A stretch of DNA of 64,000 bases from Eukaryota sp. GEM-RC1. Lineage: Eukaryota. Shown piece by piece: positions 50,301 to 61,227 of the stretch (within the stretch, counting starts at the first letter, position 1; every line of letters starts with the position of its first letter). A program made the translations under genes and the position numbers. The notes under the pieces were generated by a model. The model did no database searches. It saw nothing but the letters and a program-made list of their open reading frames with translations, and was not told the origin of the DNA. The stretch is from assembly GCA_040285855.1 (NCBI GenBank), contig JAUFOQ010000016.1, forward strand, positions 3,100,001 through 3,164,000, in the 5' to 3' direction.

Positions 50301-53300
50301 CTGAATTAAACATTCGAAATGTTTTAATTTGTAATTGGGAAACTTCTTTCAGTTCTTTAGTTGCTGTTATGTCTGACTCACTAGTATCTGAACGATTAAT
50401 TATCGGTTTTGACCAATTGAGATTTTCTGTTCGGGAGAAGTTCTATACCTACATGAAGGATAAGAACGAGGAAAATTTTAAAATTTCTGTAGTTGGGTGT
50501 GGTTCAGATTTTCTTTACAATACCCACTCTGTGCTTGGTACCCTTCTTTCAGAAGTTGACTTATCTTCAGTATTAGAAAGCTGTTCTGTAGGTGCAATTT
50601 ACACGTCAGCAGTACCTGGTCAAGGTAAAACTACAAGATGTTTAAGAGAATGCGTTCCTGAAGGTTTGGTTGACACTCATACAAAAACTTGTAATGTTTC
50701 TGGAAAAGTCAATATTTCTGAATTTATTGAAAAATATCTTCGTGATGATAAGATTGATTGGTCAAATCCTAATATTCATTTAGATATTCGACAGCCTTTG
50801 GATGTTTTAAAAAGAACGTTCACTCGGGAACACTGGACATCGTCATCCAAATTGACTTCTCAAGATTTCTACAATACTGCTTACATTTTGTTTTCATTGT
50901 CATTTCTCTCAGGTCTTCGTCACAATGGTTCAATTTTTAGACTTGAAAATAAGATTTATATTGAGTTCGCTTCCTATAATTATAATTCCAAAGCCAATTT
51001 AACTCCATTTAATTGGTATAATTCTCTTATTGATTCTTTGTATCCAAACAAAGATGATCTTGTCAATGAACTTTCTTTTGATTTTTACTATTTTAAATTG
51101 ACTTCTGAAGCAATGAAAGCACATGTAGCTACAATTTCTCGTTTTCTTTCCATTCTTCTGAACTCTCCTTCTTCATTAGAACCTCTTTTCACTAATACTT
51201 TTGCAGATCTACCTCCTCCTCATCAAAGTCAATGGTCATTTAGACTACTTACAGATATTGTCTCTTTACTTGGATCTCAGTTGAACTATTTTGATCAAGC
51301 CGTTGCCTTTTCTCCTGAGATTATGACTCTAAGTGGGTATAGTGACAGTCAAATTGATGACATTCGCCGTTGTGGTATTGACCTAATATTTGGTTTTTCC
51401 CGTCAGACCGTTCTCATGTCAGTACCCACGATCAGTGCTCCTGATAGAGATGAAGTTGTGGTCAATTGGAATGATATGAATCATGTTATGTTCATGTTAA
51501 CTCGCGAATCTCCCTCAATTACAGTTCCAAGAGGAAGTAACGTTCCAAATGCTCTCAAGTCTTATGTTGAGTCGAATCCATCATTTGGATGTTCCCTTGA
51601 AATTCCACCCACTGACGAAGGAAAAATTTCAAAAATTCGATCCTTTACTTTTGACGCTTCAGTACCACCGACAGCGTGGCAAGAACGTTTCGGAAACTAT
51701 GCCCTTACCGGTGATGCGTTCCTTAAACAAACCTTAATTGCTCTTAGATTTTCCGCTAATTTGCCTACCATTCTTCGAGGTGCCAGTGGTGTTGGAAAAA
51801 CTCATTTACTTGAATGTTTAAGTTTCATTTTATTTTGGAATGAAACTGCTGAAAATCCTAATTTATGGGAAGAATTGTTTGTTAATGTTACTGTTAATGC
51901 TGGTACAGAACTTCACGAAGTAGAAGATACTATTAAAAGGGTCAACAATCTTGCATTGCTACTTCCTCCTGAAAGTCCTCTCTTTCCAATTCTATTTTTA
52001 GATGAATGTAATGCTTCTGATTTCTTAGGACTCGTGTCTGGTTTAATTACCAACAGAAAGCTTGGAACTTTATCTTTACATCCAAAAGTCCGTTTAGTAG
52101 CGGCTATCAATCCTTATCAAAAAGGTAATGACGATAAGCTTTTGTACAATGTCCACCCAGAACCTTCATGTTTAATCCCTCTCATGATGGACTTTGGTAA
52201 GTTGTCTGAAAGAGATGAAGAAGAATATGTCGTTAAAATAGCTAAACGATCTGATTTAGTTTCGATTTGTTCCACTCCTGAAATCACTACTTTGGCTAAG
52301 ACATTGTCACGAATCCATAAGTGTTTGAGCAATAGATCTGCTGCTTCTAGTGTTCCGTGGATGATCTCTCTTCGAGATGCTGTTAGGGCAACCAGAATTC
52401 TGAAATTTTTAATCGAATTTAAAAACAGTCTTGCTCCTGAATTCATATTCTTTTCTGAGCAAACCTTTTCCCATCTACTTCTACTTACTGTTTACGTCTG
52501 TTACATTCTTAGATTACCAACCAAGGATGACCAGAATAGTCTTCTAACAGTAATTTGCTCCGAACTACGTACTTCACCTTATATTGCTAGACAACGAATT
52601 ACTACAACTCTGTCTCAGTTTGTAGACTTGGGAACTCTTCCTGAAGGTGTTCGTCAAACTACCTACTTTTTGGAAAATACTTTTGCAATGTTTCTTGCCT
52701 TAATTTCTAGAACTCCAATTATCATCATTGGTGCTCCAGGAACTTCAAAGTCTCTTTCACTAACTGTTTTACTTACTTTTCTTTCCAAAGTTAATACTGC
52801 GGAATCCGGTTTTCATCGTATTTTCCCTCATCACTTCCAAGGAAGTCACGCGGCAACTACCAAATCAGTAATGACTGTAGTAGATAGAGTCAAGAAAAAT
52901 GCAATAGCTGATACTAACGTTCGTCAAGCTTTAATTATGGATAATTCTTCTTTACTTTTAGATGCCCCTGCAAACCCCTTAAAATGTTTACATTCTGTCC
53001 TGGAACCTCGTGAAGAAAAAAGTACCCCTGTTTGCTTTTATTGGTATCTCTAATTCAGACTTTGATGCCGCTCCTTCTAGTCGTGCTATCGTCATCCATC
53101 GTCAGGAGCCCTCTGATGCTGAACTTACTGCTTTACTGAAGGAAATTGGCCAGCACAGGGGTACCAAAATACCCGCACTGCTGACCAAGATTCATATGCT
53201 TATGAAGTCTAAGGCTGATAAGCTATACCCTTGTCATGGTAACCAATTCTACGGTATGAGAGATGCTTACCAGCTAGCTAAGTGGTTGAATGTTCGAGGA

Positions 53301-54674
53301 GGTGTTTCTCATAAAGATCGACGAATTGCGTTCCTCAGAGCTTATGGTGGGTTACCATGGAAAAATAATGCTGTCTTTGAGGTTGTCTCCACAATATTTG
53401 CTCCAGAGAAGGCAAAGAGGGTGAAGAATGAATTTGGCACTGATATCAATCTTTTCTTTGACCGTTCAATCCCTCGATCGTACCGATCACAACTTGAAAA
53501 GGAATCACTTAAAGCGTGTTATTCATCAGTACAAGATCCCTCTCCTGATTCAAGACACATTCTCTTTATTGGCTCACTCCAACACTCTTTGTATATTATC
53601 AGAAGATCTCGAAAGGATGTTGATATTGTCGTGGTTCAAGGTTCAAGGTTTGAGAAAGATGCTTACAATGACGTGTCCTACAATCATCTATCAAAAGTGA
53701 TTACTGCTGTAAAGTTAGGGAAAGTGATTGTTCTCTCTGGTACTGAACACATTATTGGGGCCTTGTTTGATTTAATCAATAAGAATTACCTTAGAAAAGA
53801 TGCTATAACCGGTGATGCTCTTTGTAGAGTCGCTTTAGGACCTGTTTCTAACTCTTTGTGCCACGTTAATGAAAGAACTAAAATTATTTTGGTAGTTTCA
53901 GAGGAAAATTTAAAATCCACACCTCCAACTCTCTTGAATAGAATGGAAAAGTTTGTTCTTTCAGATCTTGTCAATGTGAAGGAATCAACTGCTGATATTG
54001 AAAGACTGTTTGATGATTTAGGTGTTTTAAAATCTCTACCAAAATGTTTAATTACTGATTCTCAAATTCGTCAGAACTTCCTATCTGATTTGCAACTTGT
54101 TGAAAATCTTCGACTTGAACGTCTTCATTTTCTTGCAAATCTTGCTCATGTTGTTTCATCTAACAATCACTCCAATGTCGGTCCTTTTCTTACTCTTGCA
54201 CATGCCCTTGACCACCTTTCTAGTCTTGACGTACTTCAACAACATCCACTTAAGGTCGTAGCTCTGTCTAAAGTATTTGGACAATCATTTGACTCATTAC
54301 CTGGATATGATTCAGTTAAAATTGCCAATCTTTCTAGTGTTTCTGAATCTCGTGATTTAGAGTCATTATTGAAAAATACTGGTATTGAAATAATTCAAAA
54401 ATTACTGGACGAAGATGCGCCAGAAACTGCTAAATCTTTGTTAGCCATTCGAATTGAAGGTGATGAGGCTAAACATTATGATTTTATTGAAAATATCAAT
54501 GTTTACGAAGTCTTGAAAAAGCATTTCAGTAACCACGCAGATCCCCGAGTATTTTTAAAATATCTCTTAAATTTTGATATCGTCATCGCCATAATCAATG
54601 GTGAAGATCTCCAGATATCTCCACTTTCTTCTTTCATTGCAGTCTATTGTGACTCAATCAACCTGGTTCAATAG
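47340..54674 (+). CDS. BTB/POZ domain + RNF213-like dynein-related AAA+ ATPase (~2,440 aa if the breaks at 48628-48631 and 53016-53021 are joined)
   Basis: BTB: LSD..L......HVCRNVLASSSNFF..L....FAD...F..FI..LYG......NV.DLFYLAHYFQ. RNF213-type motifs: YALTGD..LK, GASGVGKT, FLDECN, AAINPY, L.YNVHP.P, DFGKL...DE..Y, SLRD..R, ENTFAM, GAPGTSKS, NPLKCLH.VLE, FIGISN, FYGMRD.Y, GSRFEKD, LFDLINKNY, PTLLNRMEK. Confidence 0.8.
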
Positions 54675-54972
54675 TAGGTAATTTTATGTCTTATCACGTG
54701 GTTTAGCAACTGGTCGAAAAATGTATCACTAGATATTGTGCCCTTTATAAAAGTTTCCCGACGCATATAAGTACCAATTGTTCTAAGTTGTATAATCACA
54801 GCTTCTGAGATAAAAAAATCTATAACATACTAATTCAGAAAAAACAGATTTATGTGCTGAAACAAACACACACCACAACCCAAATGTAAAAAACTGGGTT
54901 TATGATCAATACAGTGAATTAATTACTTTTACAAAATTACAAAATAAAAGACAGTAACTAACGTATCTGAAC

Positions 54973-55815
54973 TAGAGCTGTCAAACTGTTCAGCTCAAGC
55001 CGTAAACCGAACGACTTGAGCCAAGTCATATCAAAATTTGGTTCGGCTTACTCAAATGGCTCAAGCCAAAGCCAAACCATATGGCTCAAGCCGCGGCTTG
55101 AACTTACTTCGAACAATAAAAATAGTATATGAACAAATTGACCAAGTTCATTACATACATCGATTCATAAGACGTACAAACAAATACAAAAAGTTATAGA
55201 AATACTGCTAGCGCATTCATAATTGTGATCATTACTGATAACTATTGTAGATTTATTGCTCTCTCATGAATGAAAAATCACCAATGAATTCTTACGTTTC
55301 CTGCCACTTCCCCAGAAGGTCATGAGGTTATAGTGGAACAAGATCAATTTCAAAGGTACAACAGTTTATATCCAAACGATATTAAATCATGTCCGCTTGT
55401 ATCGTGGAAATTGCACAATAAAGACTATCCTACTTTAGGCAGAGATTTCCTGATGATTCCTGTAATTTCAATTCCCTGTGAAAGGGTTTTTCCGTTGCTG
55501 ATCATATCAAGTGCAAAAAAAGATCATCACTTGACGACGAATCTTTAACTTCGTTAATGCTCAAAGGATTAGCTCAATTATGGCTATGAATTAGTTTATT
55601 GTAGTGACCAAAACGATGAATCTGCTCATTCTTTAGATTGACGAGACATCAAGGTATTCATCCACCTTTGTATTAAAACGACAGTAGTTTGTGATGAGTT
55701 TCATCAATAGAAACAATTACAAAATATTTGATATTTCAAGTCGAAAAAATATCGACTTGGCTCGGCTTCAACTCGACTTGTCACTTTGGTTTGGCTTACT
55801 CAAATGCTTGGCTAA
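54973..55815 (+). mobile_element. hAT transposon remnant (left end plus degenerate hATC dimerisation domain)
   Basis: Starts TAGAGCTGTCAAA with subterminal GGCTC/AAGCC repeats. 55333-55548 encodes CPLVSWKLH..DYPTL.RDFLMIPVISIPCERVF (hATC pattern). No matching right TIR found; right boundary approximate. Confidence 0.72.
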
Positions 55816-56711
55816 AGTTAAAAGTCCCGCTTTCTGTGCATTTTTGCAAGACATGAGTAACTTTCATTACTCAATTGCTAGGGAGATTTATTACGTATGC
55901 TCGTGAGTAAATCTGAGTGTTGAAGTCGGTTTTAACACTTCAACAATTGTGCAAAAATTAGTCTCAGTAGAGAGTTAGTCTTACTGAGATTTGAGATTGG
56001 GTGAGACTAATTTTCGAATGGCTAAATACAGCCGCATTTCTATATTGGAAAAATGGAATTGTGTTTGGAAGTATCTAACGGTTTTCCAACTTTTTAAGAA
56101 TTATGACTTATCAATTTGGTAAAATCACAGTGATTTTCTATTTCTTTTTGAATTTTTCACCAACTTAAAGAGGGTCTTTGACAATTTTTTTAGACTTAAA
56201 AAGGTGGCATTTGTAAACAAAATTAATTACACTGTTCTAATAACCATCAATTTGAAATACCAGTGTGGGCAAATTGTAACACCTACCCATTTATACAATT
56301 ATTAAAATTATTTAAAAATAATAAGATCTTACACGATGAAGTAGGGTAAAAGAAATGGAACTCGATAGAAATTAAAATAATAAAATACATATGCTTTAAG
56401 GGTTGATTGTACAACTACAAAAATTAACGAATAAAAAAGGCAGGAATCTCCTAAAATCTAAATAATGGAAATACACAAGTCCTAATCAATAATTGCTACT
56501 GACAAATCCGAAACTCCACACATTCACCACAAAGCCGCAGCTCAAGATAAAAAAACAAATAATACATAAAATGAAAAGAACAACACAGAACCTGATAAAT
56601 CAAAAGAGATCAAACTATCAAAATCAGACAAAACAAGAATTCAAAATGTTCTGAATCCGAGTGACTGGTAAAATACCACAATACAAATACATTAGAAGAA
56701 TTAATTAACTC

Positions 56712-59700
56712 TCAGAAGCGCGAAAATAACTTTTTTACTTGTTTCTTGATCAAATCGTCACCTTCAGATTTTAATTTCTCCAAATGTTCAAATATTCCTA
56801 ATTCTTTAGCAACATTTAAACAATGAGAATGATTGAGATAGTTTCCTAAAGCAAACAATGCTACTTTTGCTACGCTTCCATTTGAAGGACTTTCAATCAC
56901 GGCCTGCATAGATGTTAAAACTTTTTTCTCCAGCCCTTTCTCAATAATATGATTAATTGTATCAGAGGTCGGAAACCTAGCCAAATTTCCCAAAGCCCCT
57001 GCTGCATTAGCCGCTGACTTAGAGTCTGAGCTTTGAAGAGTATCTAGAAGTACTGATATGCAGTCAGCTTCAAGTAGTAATGAATGAAGATAAGGGGAAT
57101 GGTGGGCGGAATTACCAAGTGCCAGCGAAGCAGTACGTGTCACAACAACTTCAGTGGAAGTACAACACGCTACCAATAAAGGAATTATCCCAATTTCAGA
57201 AAGTAACTGATAGAAAAACCCTGAATGTCGACATAAATTACCAATCAAAGAACAAGTTTTACTCTTAATCAAATTTGATCCCGTACGTAGAAATGATGGA
57301 AACAATCGAACTATTCCAGCTGCTTTAATATACGGATAACTTTCTTCTGTACTCCTGGCCATGGTAGTTAATATCACCAGACCTTCAGTGATGAGAATCT
57401 CCTTAGTAGGTGGAGCTAGAACTGAAGTAAAAGGAAGAATGGAGGATCTGCAATGAATGGCAATTAGAGTTGGTTGTTGATCATTAGCAAAAGAAGAATG
57501 TTCGAAATCAGAAAGAGATGCATCAAAAACGGAAAGTTCTGGACCTTGTGATTGATAGTCGACAGTAGACGAATCAAGTGAAGTATTCATGAGCCTATTA
57601 TCATCTAAATTATTGATTAGATTGGTGACGTGAGAAGAGTTCAACATTAATAACCGTGACAGCAACTTCAGAGGTTCGTCTCTTTGAGAGTTGAAGGGTA
57701 AGGTGGCAAACAAATTACACAGAATAAAGGAAACGTTTTCTTCAACAAATGACTGTGATATAGAAGAAATTTCAATAACTTTAGGACAGAACAATGATCG
57801 GTTTAAAAGACCAGAAATTGATGAAATCACACGTGATAATTGACTGTGAAAAGGGATCAACTGATTGATTGTCAATAAGAGATCAAGAGATGAGAGACAA
57901 ATATACCGCAGGTTGTCAGAAGTAAGATCATCAACAGTCTTGTCAAGAACATAAACAAATGACGTGATATAGAGGTAAATGACGTTGCTGAGCTCAATCA
58001 GTCTTGATTGAGGGTCAACAAACAATGACGGTTGACTGGGGATCAAAGGGTTATGCTGGTGATTGGAATTTAAGATAGACATCTCTGATAGATAAGATAA
58101 CAACTTGAAAAACCCCGATATGTGATTAAATATTTGTAAATAATTTGAATTACGTAAAACTTCCACTTTTTTAGTTGCCATTGTGGCGAGAAATCGAGCA
58201 GGAGCCGAAAGAGGCAAAAGTAATTGATCTGGTAACGTAATACCGATTAGGGAGTCAAAGGAAAGTACGAGGAACTTTTCAGGGAAATCTGAAATATAAA
58301 GAAAATTTTGATTAATAGAATCACAGTAAAATATCTGACCGCTGAAAACGTAATCAACAATTTCTTTTAGGAAGGTGGCGTGTTCAGATTGAGTAGAATT
58401 CAGAGGAAGGTTTTGGCAAACGTAAGACAGAAATAGCAGGAAAAAACATGTTAAAATGGGTGACTTGTCATGGAAATAATTCCAAAAATACACCATCTTT
58501 TTAAAATCTAAATTTTCGGCAACCATCGTTGGATTAGTTTTAGCGAATCTAAAAAGCAGGAAAAATCTCAAAATAAAGTCCATAAAAACTGGGTCAACGT
58601 CAACTGATTTGATTGAATCAAAAGTAGCAAGTGAGAGTTTGAAATCAATTTGGTCAAAATGGAAATTAAATAGCTGAAAAGCCACTTCAAGAACCATTCT
58701 ATTACCGAAGAACTCACTATTATCAGACGCATAACTTAAAAAAATTAAAAATTTCAATAATTTAACTCTCAACCGTACTTCGTCGGTATCATCCTCAATC
58801 AAACTGTGATCTTCAATCAAATCAGGAGTTGCTGACTCACACAGACTTGGCAAAGATCTAAATCCCTGTACATATTGGAACAAGGTATCGGCCAATTCCA
58901 TAATTAGAGTTTGTTTCGGTATACTACTCACATCTCCAGAATTGGAAAGAAGCACGTCATCAGTGTCAGCACTAATCACGTGAATGATCCCATCAAGTGC
59001 TAGTTTCAGGGACGCTGTACTTGTGGAGAGACCCCCAATAAGAGCTGGACAAATGAAATCAGATTTGATGACTGATTGGACCCAGTTTAAATCATGTGAT
59101 CCCTTCTCGAGACAGAATACCAAAAGGGAAAGTGATGACTCACCAGAAGAGGCAGGTACTGGAGAAAGCAAATAACCTGCTGAAAGAGAAATGAAGATGT
59201 TATAGCCAACATTTGGCTGGTAATTGAGTTGATCTGCCAAAACGAGGGAATTTTTAATCAAATTTAAAATTTTCGAAAGTGATTTGACTGCTGCTGGATC
59301 AGGTTGCATCATTAACCACCGCGAAGTGTTGATTAATTGAGAATAATTCTCTTTCTCAAAGAACCAATCAGCAATCACGACAAAGTCAATGGATTTCTTC
59401 TGGGAAGAGATCACAGTTTCGACACATTGATTAATTAAAGAAATAGTTTCAAATAAAGATTCAAATACCTCAGGATTTGTTGACTCATGAGAAACGACAA
59501 TTTTAAAAGTTTTTGCAATATTATCAACTAAGCCAGCATTTTTAAATAACAAAACAACCCCCGATGGATTAGAAACATAATCATAAATCTTCTCAGGAAT
59601 CTTGGCAAGATGACGTGGTTTACTTCTCCTGTAAAGAAGGGCTCACAGTCGGCTCTTGATTGAGTCTGATTGGTGCACTCTTGGGAACAACAGCAGGAAC

Positions 59701-60526
59701 TATCTTCTTCTTTTTCTCAAATCCACTTCTAGTAGAGAGTGGACGTTGAATAGAAGATGTCTTTGTAATAAATGGATGATCTAAGAGCTCTGGCCATTGT
59801 AAACGTTGTCTGGGATCTTTCCGAAGAAGTCCTTTTAAGAAAGATCTAAATTCTGGAGATATTTCTGGAGCAAACTTGATACGGTCACGAACAATCTGAG
59901 CTACTAAAGAAACGAGATTATTGGTAAAAAACGGAGGTTTGGAATGGAAAAGCTCATAAAGAATGATTCCTAAAGACCATAAGTCAATGGTATGATCATA
60001 CGCTCTTTCCTGTACCAGCTCAGGAGCCATGTACAACGGAGTACCTTTAATTGAGCGTGCGACTATCGTACTCTTACTTAGGGCTCTTGCAAATCCAAAG
60101 TCACAGAGTTTGATACAACCATTTGAGCAAATGAGGATGTTCTGGGGTTTAAGGTCCCTGTGAATGACACGGTTGTCATGAAGGTATTTTAAAGCAGATA
60201 CAAGTTGGATGGCAATGCCACGGATTTCAACTTCTGGTAGAGACTTGTCATCATCAATAATCTCATAGAGGTCTCCGTGAGCATACTCAGTCACAACACA
60301 GAGGTTCTTTGAAGTTTCAATGTAGTCATAGAACTGAATAACATTAGGATGGTTAAGATTCTCGTGGATACTAAGTTCTTTTTGATGTTGTCAATGTCAG
60401 AAGGATCCTTGTGTTCAAGAGAGATGAATTTAAGAGCAACAATGTCAGTTGTACCAACGCATCTGCCTTTATAGACAGACCCAAAGAACCCTGTCCTATA
60501 AGATCTAGGACATGGTACTTCTCCAT
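56712..60526 (-). CDS. STK36: Fused/STK36 serine-threonine kinase with C-terminal ARM/HEAT repeats; frame breaks at ~60484, ~60381 and ~59630
   Basis: MEKYHVLDLIGQGS(F)GSVYKGR..IVALKFI, HPNV, VVTEYA.G.L..I..DD.SLPE, HRDLKPQNIL, CDFGFAR, SIKGTPLYMAPELVQE..Y.HT.DLWSLG; C-terminal K.C..IGNLCRHS.FFY, ALGNSAHH, ANAAGALGNL. Confidence 0.92.
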
Positions 60527-60851
60527 AAAAGTGGGGAGAAGGAATTAGTGAGGCAATTGATTAAGATTTTTTAATAAAAACTTTTTATTTTCACAGGCAT
60601 CAGATCTGGAATTGTTCTAAATTGCCGTGTGCTGTTGATGAATATCCGTGATGTTCATATATGAGATGGATTGGTGCATAACAGTTAATAAAAAACTGTT
60701 CAAATTTAATACCAACTAATGTAGCAGCAATACAATGAAACTACAAAACAACACTTAAGTAAACCAATAAAAAGAACCAACGTAATCTCCACCTACAAAA
60801 TGTCCAAAAAAAAGACTTGTGAATAGGCTCAACAGAAAGAAGCTGATAATG

Positions 60852-61142
60852 TTACTTCGAAATCTTTGGTATAGGCACAATCTCATGAAGGAAATCAAAC
60901 TGATCAATATCCTTACACGCCTTTGCTACATCAACGTACTGTAGTGTCTTCCGCTTTGCATCAGAAGTGTATTTGAAGGATTCCTTTGACAATGTTTCGG
61001 CAAAGAGAACCTGGGTTCAATAACAAGTAAAATAACAAACAGCAGCATAGGACATTACATTAACCGCATCAGACGCAACATTTTTAACATCAGGATCAGC
61101 TTTAATGATACGTTTAATTCGTGCTAAGGGGAGATCTGTCAT
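60852..61142 (-). CDS. H2A-like histone-fold protein (POLE4/Dpb3/CHRAC1/NF-YC family), 86 aa; not in the ORF track
   Basis: MTDLPLARIKRIIKADPDVKNVASDAVNVMSYAA|VLFAETLSKESF...KRKTLQYVDVAKA...DQFDFLHEIVP after removing a 30-nt intron that contains an in-frame stop. Confidence 0.9.
61011..61040 (-). other. 30-nt spliceosomal intron
   Basis: GTTTGTTATTTTACTTGTTATTGAACCCAG; it contains an in-frame TGA, so it must be spliced. Confidence 0.88.
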
Positions 61143-61227
61143 AAATGGTCTTTGAACAGGTTTGGAAAGTTTTCACTTCATTTTACCTACACCTACACCT
61201 ACCCCTACTTTGTAGACGGTGAACTAA

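Noticed and set aside
45558..55815. Composite hAT transposon carrying the BTB-AAA gene
   Set aside because: The left element is self-contained with its own TSD, and the right element has different termini.
8853..60485. Genome-wide programmed -1 ribosomal frameshifting or mass pseudogenisation
   Set aside because: Lesions are strand-symmetric (AAAG and CTTT), mostly lack X_XXY_YYZ heptamers, are often far from stops (PCNA) and hit essential genes. Sequencing error is more parsimonious.
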